In this document: piece after piece, positions 46,186-54,874 of the stretch
Numbering within the stretch: the stretch's first letter is position 1
Layout of the letters: every line of letters begins with the position of its first letter
Source: a virus
Strand: one strand, 5' to 3'
Length of the DNA: 64,000 nt
IMG/VR virus record: IMGVR_UViG_3300002143_000172
Location: 64,001-128,000 of that record
The notes under the pieces: model-generated
Seen by the model: the letters and a program-made list of their open reading frames with translations, nothing else
The model's database searches: none
What the model was told of the DNA's origin: nothing
Position numbers and translations under genes: made by a program

Positions 46186-46378
46186 TCGTAGTTTAGATGA
46201 TAATAATGATAATAATGATATCATTGTAGATGATGAAGTCACATTTGGCCGTAATCGAAAAGCTAGCGAGTATGGTAAATTAGTCGATGAAGATCCAGAA
46301 ATATCAGACTATGTTAAATTTAGATTATGGCTAGCTAGACAGTTAGCACTTAGGAAGTACGAAAAAGTCCACGGTTAG
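46019..46378 (+). CDS. Hypothetical protein overlapping the upstream gene in the +1 frame; start uncertain
   Basis: Protein-like C-terminus DDEVTFGRNR...SDYVKFRLWLARQLAL; terminator follows. Confidence 0.45.
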   Translation: MPQNQLRLLQLLLQPLQQVPRLKLKLRKTKRSLQKVNLLRKTHLKQTPKPYQPQSNRSLDDNNDNNDIIVDDEVTFGRNRKASEYGKLVDEDPEISDYVKFRLWLARQLALRKYEKVHG

Positions 46379-46399
46379 CCCCCTGGGCTTTTTCTTTTA

Positions 46400-46942
46400 T
46401 TATAATTTTAGACTTATTACTTCCCAGTTGATAATCCGCCACTGTCCGTCAAGATATTTTTTCTTATCACTTCCAAAATCTATCATAAATGAGTGTTCCC
46501 ACCAATCGATTAATAAGACAATATCTTTCTTAATTTCGTGATTGACTATTGTTTTAATCTCACCATTCTTGGCAAGATAAACCCAACCACTACCTTGTAT
46601 AGCCATTGCTGTTTTTAAAAACTTTTCTTTAAAATTATCAACTGATTTAAAATGTCGGTTGATAAATTCTAAGATATCGCCAGTGGGCTCATTAGACTTT
46701 GTTGGATGTTGGAATTGGGCAAAATATATGCTATGTAAAAATGCGCCGGCTTCATTAAAACCGGCATCACCTTCGCCGTTGTTAAATCGATCAACATAGG
46801 CTTTGTACAGTTTACCATAATGGTATTCCATGGTCTCTTTACCAACGCTATCTTCTAATGCACCCAACGCATAGCCTAAGGTAATTCTTTCAAGTGTCTT
46901 TGGTGTTCGACCTTCGGAGATAGTCTTGATGAAGTTGTACAT
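46400..46942 (-). CDS. Fe/Mn superoxide dismutase
   Basis: YHYGK..KAYV, FLHSIYF, QGSGWVYL, DWWEHS. Confidence 0.85.
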   Translation of the reverse strand: MYNFIKTISEGRTPKTLERITLGYALGALEDSVGKETMEYHYGKLYKAYVDRFNNGEGDAGFNEAGAFLHSIYFAQFQHPTKSNEPTGDILEFINRHFKSVDNFKEKFLKTAMAIQGSGWVYLAKNGEIKTIVNHEIKKDIVLLIDWWEHSFMIDFGSDKKKYLDGQWRIINWEVISLKL

Positions 46943-46945
46943 CTA

Positions 46946-47536
46946 CTATTCCTGTGTTCTCATGTATTCGCTAGCGTCCCCAGCTAGGCTGACATGCCAA
47001 GCATAAAATTTAGTATTTGGGAATTCTGTTTTAAGACTAACAAATGAATCTAGATTGGGTACTGCATCGTCATACATGATCGCTTTTGAATAGTTTCCAG
47101 AATTAAGCAAAGAGCTTATAATTCTCTTTTTACGATCTTCTGTAGATCCGCCCTTTAAATTTCCTGCACGGTAAACATGCACCTTGTTCATATCCACTCC
47201 GTACTTACGGAATGTGTCTAAAAACAATTCCTTGTCATTGAAGTCTGCACGGGCAGTTACCATCACTACTTTATTACCAGTGGCAATATCTTGTTTAAGC
47301 TGATCCATCATTGGTATGATTGGTTTAGCGTTGGCAAAAAATTCGCGGGCATCTCGAAAGTCGCCAAAATCAAATTCTTCATCGGGCTTTAATTTATAGT
47401 GTGTAAAGTCGTGACTGTTAAGACTTTTGATCACCTGCCCATTCCTAACTACATGTACTTTGGTCTGGGTGTGTACAAGTGTGTCGTCTATATCAAAAAT
47501 GACCAACTTGTTTGATGTTAAATCACTGGCTCTCAT
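46946..47536 (-). CDS. HAD-superfamily phosphatase (MRASDL N-terminus)
   Basis: FDIDDTL, VTAR, K, MYDD. Confidence 0.85.
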   Translation of the reverse strand: MRASDLTSNKLVIFDIDDTLVHTQTKVHVVRNGQVIKSLNSHDFTHYKLKPDEEFDFGDFRDAREFFANAKPIIPMMDQLKQDIATGNKVVMVTARADFNDKELFLDTFRKYGVDMNKVHVYRAGNLKGGSTEDRKKRIISSLLNSGNYSKAIMYDDAVPNLDSFVSLKTEFPNTKFYAWHVSLAGDASEYMRTQE

Positions 47537-47545
47537 AATATCACA

Positions 47546-48100
47546 TTATCCCCAACTTATTCCAGCGCCCTGTTGTTGAGCAAACTTAACCATAGCCATT
47601 AATGTATCAACATATCGATCCACTTGGCCTTGACTTCTGCCCATGTCATGTATTGTTGGTCCCCTGCCTATACTGGTCAATCCTGTCTCAGTATCAGTTG
47701 TTTGGCGCATATTTCCTCGATTTACCGTTGGATCTTGTGTGTAATGTTTAGTGTCTTGATTCTTTAACAGTATCAATTTTTTCATTATTGCAGGCAATTG
47801 TTCGTGTGTTATAATCCCAGAGTAGTCGCTATTATCTAAACCCAACATATCAGCTATTGCACCTGCATTGGCGTTGGATACTTGTAATGTAGGTGCATTA
47901 GATACCCATTCTTTACTCTTCCCGTCACCGCGACAATATCTACAATCGGTTCCGTCATAGCTGTCTTTTCCAGTGCCGTCACATACCATGCATGGGACCA
48001 TTTCGTATTTGCCAAACTCATTTGATGACCATTGGCCTTGGTCATTTAATTTAGCCACACCAAATTCTACACCTTCTTTAAGAAATTCTTTTGCTCTCAT
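47546..48100 (-). CDS. Protein with DnaJ-type zinc finger (MRAKEFLKE N-terminus)
   Basis: CMVCDGTG and CRYCRGDG. Confidence 0.7.
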   Translation of the reverse strand: MRAKEFLKEGVEFGVAKLNDQGQWSSNEFGKYEMVPCMVCDGTGKDSYDGTDCRYCRGDGKSKEWVSNAPTLQVSNANAGAIADMLGLDNSDYSGIITHEQLPAIMKKLILLKNQDTKHYTQDPTVNRGNMRQTTDTETGLTSIGRGPTIHDMGRSQGQVDRYVDTLMAMVKFAQQQGAGISWG

Positions 48101-48521
48101 AGTCTTCCGTTATTGGTTTTGAGTTTAAGTATTCTGGATATTGTTTATTAAAATGCCGCATGATAACACCTGCAACTGCGTGGGCTTCGTTTTCAATAGG
48201 ACTACCGGTGTCTCCACTATCGGGTCTTAGTCGGTGTTCTGTTCCTTGTTTGAAATGACATAACTCATGCGCGATAGTTCTTAAAATATCATTAGGATGC
48301 CGGTTCATTAGGGCAACATTCAGGGTGTTGGCCTCGTTATCAAATTTACCAAATGTGGGTTGATGGTCATCTCCAACCTGTGGTTCAAATATCATCTGCG
48401 GGAGTGATTTTAACTTTAAAATCTTCATGGCAAGAGGTAAGAATTTCTTAAAAATTTCAATAAAATTCTTCTTATGATCTGATATGCTACCGGTGCTTTC
48501 TGTAAATTCTTGTGCTCTCAT
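48078..48521 (-). CDS. Zincin-like metallopeptidase (MRAQEFTE N-terminus)
   Basis: RTIAHELCHFKQ...E.EA. Confidence 0.75.
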   Translation of the reverse strand: MRAQEFTESTGSISDHKKNFIEIFKKFLPLAMKILKLKSLPQMIFEPQVGDDHQPTFGKFDNEANTLNVALMNRHPNDILRTIAHELCHFKQGTEHRLRPDSGDTGSPIENEAHAVAGVIMRHFNKQYPEYLNSKPITEDYESKRIS

Positions 48522-48533
48522 GACTGTATTTAG

Positions 48534-48613
48534 TGCTCACTTTGGTAACGAATGGCGTTAAGTTACCTGGCAGCAGCCGCCACACCCGTAAAGATTAACG
48601 GTCCTAAGGGTGT
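48534..48613 (-). ncRNA. Unidentified structured RNA candidate
   Basis: GC-rich island with stems ACACCC/GGGUGU, UGGC/GCCA, GGUAAC/GUUACC and possible pseudoknot pairings. Confidence 0.45.
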
Positions 48614-48907
48614 TTTTTAAAAGATTCTACTATTTCTTCTGTATTTAAGGCAATTCCTGCCTGCCCGCAGCCAAAGCAGGCTAGACCCACCATGATATCA
48701 AGCAGAAATTCATTTTTAAGGTAGTTGATTAAATTTTCTATCATAATAAATTATACCCAATAACTATAGCTGGTCAATAGTGTTGAAGTAGTCTTCACCG
48801 TAAGTCTTGACACTTTTGTTGGAGAAAGTTTTTCTTGTTTCGAGGCAGGTATCTTACTCGTAATAACTTTTAGAGAATATAATTGAGTAATCGCAAGGAT
48901 CTGTGTA

Positions 48908-48979
48908 TTAGTAAACGCGAAATTTACTCTTAATTTTAATGTTAATGGGGATATTAATAGTAAATTCTCGTGCTCTCAT
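48908..48979 (-). pseudogene. Truncated MRAREF gene (23 codons)
   Basis: MRAREFTINIPINIKIKSKFRVY* after a TAAATA box, followed by ~290 bp without a credible ORF. Confidence 0.5.
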
Positions 48980-48989
48980 AGTTCTATAT

Positions 48990-49805
48990 TTAGTCGGCTT
49001 TACCGCATTTTTGGCGTTTCATTTGAGTTAATTTTCCAAAGTTAACAGGCCATTCTGCGCCGGGCTGAATCTCAACTGCACCTGCTGGGAAAGCATATTG
49101 TACCCCGGCTTCTTTCATAATATCAGCAATAGGTTTACGGAATACACGGAGATCGTTGCCTAAATTAGGGTATGGTGCAATGTGTGGAAATGCCCAACCT
49201 GCAATCTGCTTAGTGTTATTATTAACTACAATCTTGTAGTAACCGTGTGGAACGATAACTCCGTTGCCAATTGTTTTATCTCCAGCACCATAAAATGCAC
49301 CGACGAAGATTGTATAACTCTGATTAGTCTGTACTGCCCATCCACGAACCATCGTTTCAAGTAATTTCCAAATGCCACGATTTAATGATCCAGCTTGTGG
49401 ATACATGTTAGTCATTAAGAATGATTCATACTCCACTTGCTGTGTCCAGCTTAGGTCACCGTCTGGAGCGGCATGTCCTTTGTCGTAGCCTGTGCCTGCA
49501 TAGTCATCTGGACGAGCACCTGTGCCGCCCAGACTTTGATCAGCAACAAACGCATTTGTTCTAGGAAAGCATCCTAATGCATTTTGCGGTAATAGCGTAT
49601 ATGCCACATAAGCAGGAATCTTTACAGGAGCATCGTATGCCACCAAATATGCTTCACGACAGATAGGCTGTGCTGTGCGTTGTGTTTGTGCGAAGCCATA
49701 TGGGCTGTGTACTTGACAAGCCTGGACTGGTAGTGGGGGGCGTTGATCCCACGCTTGTGCTAGACTTGAAGCCGCTAGCAATAGGGCAAATAGAATTTTT
49801 TTCAT
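48990..49805 (-). CDS. Secreted DNA/RNA non-specific endonuclease (NucA family)
   Basis: Signal peptide; YDKGH, TNMYPQ...LNRG.W..LE. Confidence 0.93.
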   Translation of the reverse strand: MKKILFALLLAASSLAQAWDQRPPLPVQACQVHSPYGFAQTQRTAQPICREAYLVAYDAPVKIPAYVAYTLLPQNALGCFPRTNAFVADQSLGGTGARPDDYAGTGYDKGHAAPDGDLSWTQQVEYESFLMTNMYPQAGSLNRGIWKLLETMVRGWAVQTNQSYTIFVGAFYGAGDKTIGNGVIVPHGYYKIVVNNNTKQIAGWAFPHIAPYPNLGNDLRVFRKPIADIMKEAGVQYAFPAGAVEIQPGAEWPVNFGKLTQMKRQKCGKAD

Positions 49806-49812
49806 GAATATC

Positions 49813-49980
49813 TTAAGCAACCGGAGTTATTGATGATGGGGCATCTTGAGCAGGCTCAGTCATCTGCGCAAATAGTTGTGCAAATGCACCACCTATAGGA
49901 TCGGCGGGCTGTTCTTGTTGGGCGCATTCAACTCGATCGATTAGATCTAGCACGCCACGGATAATTTCAGTTGCTCTCAT
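49813..49980 (-). CDS. Small hypothetical protein (MRATEI N-terminus)
   Basis: ATG 5 nt after TAAATA. Confidence 0.6.
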   Translation of the reverse strand: MRATEIIRGVLDLIDRVECAQQEQPADPIGGAFAQLFAQMTEPAQDAPSSITPVA

Positions 49981-49994
49981 AGTGATATTTACCA

Positions 49995-52900
49995 TTAGTC
50001 AAACCACGAAGTATCTGTATTCCACGCACCGTCTGTGAATACGGCTACTGCTAGACTTCTCCAATCTTCAGCCCGAAGATTATCATCAATTTGAAAAGGA
50101 ATCCATGACTTGGGTCCTACAGTGTATCCGCCTTCACTGAAATACCTAACATTAGCAATATTGATATAGTGGTTATTAAGGCCTGCACCTTTGGGAACAA
50201 AATACATGATCTGTCCTTCCACACCGTCTGCCAAACTCCAACTGTCATCATTGCCATCAGCACTGACCAACACTTGAACACTCTTGGTTAGGTCCAGTGC
50301 GGTTGATGTTTCACTACCTGCTCCACCTGTTTTTTCTATAGTAGAATGTTTAACTACCCCATCTAATGTTATATCACCAGGTGCTGTTAAATCACCATCA
50401 TTGCCAAAGTACCAAGTTTTCTCTGTGCTGTCCTCGCCTGACACAGTGATCGAGATCTGTTGATCACTGTAGATGTCGTTGGTGTGAGTGATTTCGCCTG
50501 TGCTGGCATCGTATTGCAGTATGCTGGTTCCTGCCGCTGCTCTAACTGGCTTGACTACAAAGGTATCTTCTACTGTATTTTCTAAAGCTGCGCCAGATGC
50601 ATTAATTACAATTGAATTTGCGGCTTGATTTCCAAAACCTGCTAGATCACCTATGGCTATTGCTCTAGCGCCTTGATTACCGTTACCTGCCTGACGACCT
50701 ATAGCAACTGCACTGAAGCCTTGAGTTGTTTGACCTGCTAGATAACCTACGGCTACTGCACTGTTGCCTTGTGAGGTTTCACCTGCCTGTGCACCTACAG
50801 CCACTGCTACCACGCTTTGTGAAGTTTCACCAGCTTGATCACCAATTGCTATTGCTTTTGAACTTTGAGTTGTTTCACCTGCTTGATCACCAATTGCTAT
50901 TGCATTGGCACCTTGATTTGTTAAACCTGCACTAACACCAATGGCTACTGCCTTTATTCCTTGATTTGTTCTACCTGCACCCGAACCAAGTGCTACTGCT
51001 TCTGCGCCTTGAGTTGTTTGACCTGTAGTATATCCAATTGCTACTGCATAGCCGCTTTGAGTTGTTTCACCTGCACTCTCGCCGATTGCTACTGCCGCAA
51101 TGCCTTGAGTTGTTTTACCTGCATAAACACCAACTGCTACTGCTTCTGAGCCTTGTTGAGCTTGCCCAGCCGCGGCACCAACTGCTACTGCGTTTGCGCC
51201 TTGAGAAGTAGTACCAGCCGCAGAACCAATTGCTACTCCGCTTTCGCCTTGAGTTGTGTTACCAGCCGCAGAACCAATTGCTATCCCAAATTGGCCTTGA
51301 GTTGTGTTACCAGCCGCAACACCAATTGCTACTGCTTCTGAGCCTTGTGTTGTTTGACCTGCAAGATATCCAACTGCTACTCCGCTTTCGCCTTGAGTTG
51401 TATAACCAGCCGCAACACCAATTGCCACTGCACCTGCGCCTTGACTTGTTTCACCTGCCGTATTACCAACTGCTACTGCACTTTCGCCTTGAGTATCATT
51501 GCCAGCCCGTTTGCCAACTGCTACTGCACTTGTGCCTTGACTTGTTGCACCTGCCCTATTACCAACTGCCGTCGCGTCTGCACCTTGATCTGATTGACCA
51601 GCAGAGACGCCAACTGCCGTTGCGTTTTCGCCTTGATCTTCATTACCTGCATACCAACCAATTGCTACTGCTTCTTCACCTTGAGTATCATAACCTGCAC
51701 CCGAACCAATTGCTACTGCATCAACGCCTTGAGTTAAATAACCGGCTTCTTCTCCAATTGCTACTGCTGTTCGGCCTTGACTTGTTCGGCCTGCATCTTC
51801 TCCAATTGCTACTGCGCTTGTGCCTTGGGTTGTTTGGCCTGCACGTTGACCAATTGCTACTGCACGAGAGCCTTGAGTGTCACTACCTGCTGTGTAGCCT
51901 AATGCTATTGCAGTTTCCGATGTACGCAATCTCGCAGTCTCTACATCGCCAACGATTTTACCTGCCACACCATCTACCAATAATGTGCTGCCATCACTGA
52001 ACACTGAACCAGTGACATCACCATCCAGTGAAGTCTGCGGACCTGTGTAGGCAGTGGTCTGGACTGTATCATCTGGGAAAGTTAAACTGGCATCTGTGCC
52101 AAATAGCCAACTATTAAGATTGTTCACATCAGCACTAGCAGCCAGTCGTACACCGTAACTGTCTATTGCTAGCTGTGAAGCACTAGTGGGTGTTGGATAT
52201 GTATCTACCCAAGAAATACTGGCAAGTCCTGATCCCGAAACAAGCATGCCTGTTTGAGTATCTGCTGCTGCCACAATAAACTCTGGGCCAACACCATCTG
52301 GATTTCCAATTGACACAGTTCCACTTGGCAATGTCAACCCTCCAGTGTTTCCAAAATTCCAAGTGTAGTTACTGCTGTCTTGATTATTGACTACGATATT
52401 AATATCATCATTGCCTGACACAGTACCACCAATGGGTAAGGTTAAACTACCAGATGTAGATAACGCAACAGTGTAAGTTCCGCTAATTAAGGTCGAAGTT
52501 GTAGCAGATCCGCTGCCTGCAACAGGACTTCCGTCAACAGTTAAATTGCCACCGCTAACGCTTAATGCTGTACCGCCTAAATAAATTGTACTAGTTCCCA
52601 CATACAAACTACGCCATTGACTCGATGTTGATCCTAGATCGTAAGTTAAATCTGCGGCTGGTATAATATGCTCTGCTACAGCACTAAAATCTGGTGTAGC
52701 ACCTGTTGGTCCTGTTGGACCAACTATACCACCATTTGATTGAAATTGGAAATATAAATCTTCTGCACTAGTTAATGCTACTTGATAATAAATCTTATGA
52801 ATTAACGGATCGAAAGAAGTAATAAAATTAGGTGCGCCCGGGTCTAATATTCCGGATAATCCAGTATTCCCTGTCTTAGATACTAGGTCAATACTTGCCC

Positions 52901-53432
52901 AATTTGCATCAGGACTGTTTTGTAGTCCGCCATCTGCCATTAATCTATTATTTAAAACATACATAGCGGCAGGAATTTCTGTGAATCCTGTTAGTGTAAA
53001 AACAAGATATCCGTTGTTACTTAATCCTATTCCAGAACCGGCATCAAATGAACCAGTTAATGATCCGCTAATTGTTGTAAATGTCCAACGATTTTCTGTA
53101 TTACTGCCTCCAGCAGTTCGTTGTGCTCTTACTACAGAAACAATACCAGTACCTGTGTTCAAAGGACCAGTTGCACCGGTAGTTCCTACTGATCCCGGGT
53201 CTCCTTGTGGTCCAGTTGGTCCTGCAACACCCGGATCTCCTTGTGGACCAGTTGGACCTGCAACACCCGGGTCTCCCTGAACTCCTTGTGGTCCTGTTGG
53301 TCCTACTTCAATTGTAGAGAGCTGATCAATTATTTCACCAAAGTTATAATTGATCTTAGTAAAAGCAACTCGTAAACTGTCGCCGTTGCCTGCGTTTGGT
53401 CCTGAACCTGTATTGATATAGTAAATGGTCAT
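49995..53432 (-). CDS. Tail fibre protein with collagen segment and YadA-head-like repeats
   Basis: N-terminal INTG..PN.G.GDSLR.AF.KIN.NF module, GxxGxx collagen, YDLGS...WR.LYV, ~30 x 14-aa AVAIG repeats. Confidence 0.9.
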   Translation of the reverse strand: MTIYYINTGSGPNAGNGDSLRVAFTKINYNFGEIIDQLSTIEVGPTGPQGVQGDPGVAGPTGPQGDPGVAGPTGPQGDPGSVGTTGATGPLNTGTGIVSVVRAQRTAGGSNTENRWTFTTISGSLTGSFDAGSGIGLSNNGYLVFTLTGFTEIPAAMYVLNNRLMADGGLQNSPDANWASIDLVSKTGNTGLSGILDPGAPNFITSFDPLIHKIYYQVALTSAEDLYFQFQSNGGIVGPTGPTGATPDFSAVAEHIIPAADLTYDLGSTSSQWRSLYVGTSTIYLGGTALSVSGGNLTVDGSPVAGSGSATTSTLISGTYTVALSTSGSLTLPIGGTVSGNDDINIVVNNQDSSNYTWNFGNTGGLTLPSGTVSIGNPDGVGPEFIVAAADTQTGMLVSGSGLASISWVDTYPTPTSASQLAIDSYGVRLAASADVNNLNSWLFGTDASLTFPDDTVQTTAYTGPQTSLDGDVTGSVFSDGSTLLVDGVAGKIVGDVETARLRTSETAIALGYTAGSDTQGSRAVAIGQRAGQTTQGTSAVAIGEDAGRTSQGRTAVAIGEEAGYLTQGVDAVAIGSGAGYDTQGEEAVAIGWYAGNEDQGENATAVGVSAGQSDQGADATAVGNRAGATSQGTSAVAVGKRAGNDTQGESAVAVGNTAGETSQGAGAVAIGVAAGYTTQGESGVAVGYLAGQTTQGSEAVAIGVAAGNTTQGQFGIAIGSAAGNTTQGESGVAIGSAAGTTSQGANAVAVGAAAGQAQQGSEAVAVGVYAGKTTQGIAAVAIGESAGETTQSGYAVAIGYTTGQTTQGAEAVALGSGAGRTNQGIKAVAIGVSAGLTNQGANAIAIGDQAGETTQSSKAIAIGDQAGETSQSVVAVAVGAQAGETSQGNSAVAVGYLAGQTTQGFSAVAIGRQAGNGNQGARAIAIGDLAGFGNQAANSIVINASGAALENTVEDTFVVKPVRAAAGTSILQYDASTGEITHTNDIYSDQQISITVSGEDSTEKTWYFGNDGDLTAPGDITLDGVVKHSTIEKTGGAGSETSTALDLTKSVQVLVSADGNDDSWSLADGVEGQIMYFVPKGAGLNNHYINIANVRYFSEGGYTVGPKSWIPFQIDDNLRAEDWRSLAVAVFTDGAWNTDTSWFD
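50640..51912 (-). repeat. Degenerate 42-bp coding tandem repeat
   Basis: AGxTTQGxxAVAIG period of 14 aa. Confidence 0.9.
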
Positions 53433-53500
53433 AAGTTTTCTCGCTAACCCTGTAATATGATATTTAGTTTTACCTTTTATAATCCGAATGTAAATAACTG

Positions 53501-53788
53501 GTGATTGTGGAAATAAAAAAAATCAAAACGGAATATACAAGGCTCAGCAAGAGCGGAAAGTCACACGCTTATACTAGATATAAGAAAGTGGCTGTGCTAC
53601 GATGTGATCGCTGTTCTGTTCTGTTCGAACGAGCAGTGGGCAACATGGATAAGAAGCGGGCCAGTAATGACTATAAGCATGTCTGTGCCAACTGCAATCC
53701 AAAACAATTTGCACAAACAGTCGGAGTTAAGAATAGAAATTTCTGGAATATGCCCGTAGATACTGATATAGATATTACGAAATTCTAA
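53501..53788 (+). CDS. Hypothetical zinc-binding protein
   Basis: CDRC...CANC; TAAATA upstream. Confidence 0.7.
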   Translation: MIVEIKKIKTEYTRLSKSGKSHAYTRYKKVAVLRCDRCSVLFERAVGNMDKKRASNDYKHVCANCNPKQFAQTVGVKNRNFWNMPVDTDIDITKF

Positions 53789-53817
53789 TTGACAATACTG
53801 GTAATATCAAGTATAAT
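53789..53817 (+). promoter_or_regulatory. Consensus sigma70 promoter plus TAAATA
   Basis: TTGACA-17-TATAAT. Confidence 0.85.
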
Positions 53818-53855
53818 AAATACATTGGGTCACGCCTTTATAAAGAAATAAAAAA

Positions 53856-54362
53856 ATGTCTTGTTTAATTTTAAATGCGGATGCCGCACCAGTAAGTATG
53901 CTTCCACTTAGCACAATCTCGTGGGAAGAATCGATTCGTTATCTAGTAACGGATAAAGCCACAGTTCTAGAATGGTACGAAGATTGGATCGTTCACAGTG
54001 AATACTGGGAAACTCGCGTTCCTGCGGTTATGATTCTTAGGGAATACCAAAAGAAGAAAACCACGGTCCGATTCTCAAAACAAAATGTATTCCTGCGTGA
54101 TGGATACTCTTGCCAATATTGTGGAGATGATGTTAGCCGTAAAACTGCTACATTGGACCATGTATTGCCAACTAGTCACGGAGGAAAAACTGTTTGGGAA
54201 AACTGTGTTACTGCCTGTGCACCTTGTAATGCCCGAAAAGGTAACAACAAAAAGGTCGTACCTAAGATCAAACCATTTAAGCCAAGTTACTTCTATTTGG
54301 CCGATAAGCGTAAAAAGATGGCTTGGGAATTACAACACCCGAGCTGGGCCAACTATATATAA
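53856..54362 (+). CDS. HNH endonuclease (McrA-like)
   Basis: RDGYSCQYCG, TLDHVLP.SHGG, WENCVTAC..CN..K. Confidence 0.93.
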   Translation: MSCLILNADAAPVSMLPLSTISWEESIRYLVTDKATVLEWYEDWIVHSEYWETRVPAVMILREYQKKKTTVRFSKQNVFLRDGYSCQYCGDDVSRKTATLDHVLPTSHGGKTVWENCVTACAPCNARKGNNKKVVPKIKPFKPSYFYLADKRKKMAWELQHPSWANYI

Positions 54363-54370
54363 TAGACGGA

Positions 54371-54396
54371 ATAGCCCCGAGAGGGGCTATTTTTTT
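54371..54396. terminator. Intrinsic terminator between convergent HNH and infA
   Basis: ATAGCCCC-GAGA-GGGGCTAT-TTTTTT. Confidence 0.85.
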
Positions 54397-54409
54397 GGCT
54401 AGAAGTATT

Positions 54410-54628
54410 TTATTTTTCTCGGTACACTATACGACCTTTGGTTAGATCGTATGGACTCATTTCGAGTTTAACTCGATCGCCCATTAATATTTGAATTTTA
54501 TTTTGGCGCATTCTGCCACTTATGTGACCAAGGATCGTAGATCCTTGTTCTAGCTTTACCCGAAACATTGCGTTGGGTAACACTTCTTCAACCCTGCCTT
54601 CTAGGTTGATCATATCTTCTTTTGCCAC
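54410..54628 (-). CDS. infA: Translation initiation factor IF-1
   Basis: [18 protein letters not shown]...HISGRMR...[13 protein letters not shown]. Confidence 0.97.
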   Translation of the reverse strand: MAKEDMINLEGRVEEVLPNAMFRVKLEQGSTILGHISGRMRQNKIQILMGDRVKLEMSPYDLTKGRIVYREK

Positions 54629-54630
54629 GA

Positions 54631-54873
54631 TTAAATTTTCTCTCCTTTTAAACCCTTAACTACTAGATCTTTCGCCCGTTGGTTGAGCTCTACTTCTCCC
54701 ACTTGCATCATTTTATGTGCTATTAAATTCATGTATTCTGACAAAACGGTTTTTCCAATATCTGTCCAATGCGAATAGTCCGGACCGGCACTGCTGTAAT
54801 AATAGTAGTCTCGATTCTTCATTAGCTGATATATACCTCCATACATCAGCTCTTTAACTGCATTACTATTCAT
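54631..54873 (-). CDS. Hypothetical protein
   Basis: Start moved to MNSNAVKE just after the ligase stop. Confidence 0.7.
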   Translation of the reverse strand: MNSNAVKELMYGGIYQLMKNRDYYYYSSAGPDYSHWTDIGKTVLSEYMNLIAHKMMQVGEVELNQRAKDLVVKGLKGEKI

Positions 54874-54874
54874 A

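Noticed and set aside
50640-51912. Regular 42-bp repeats resembling a CRISPR array
   Set aside because: Degenerate at third codon positions, in frame within the fibre gene, and no unique spacers.
51230-52000. 256-aa Leu/Gln-rich plus-strand ORF
   Set aside because: Antisense shadow of the repetitive fibre coding sequence.
53856-54362. HNH gene as part of an intron or mobile element
   Set aside because: Free-standing with its own promoter and terminator; no interrupted gene or flanking repeats seen.
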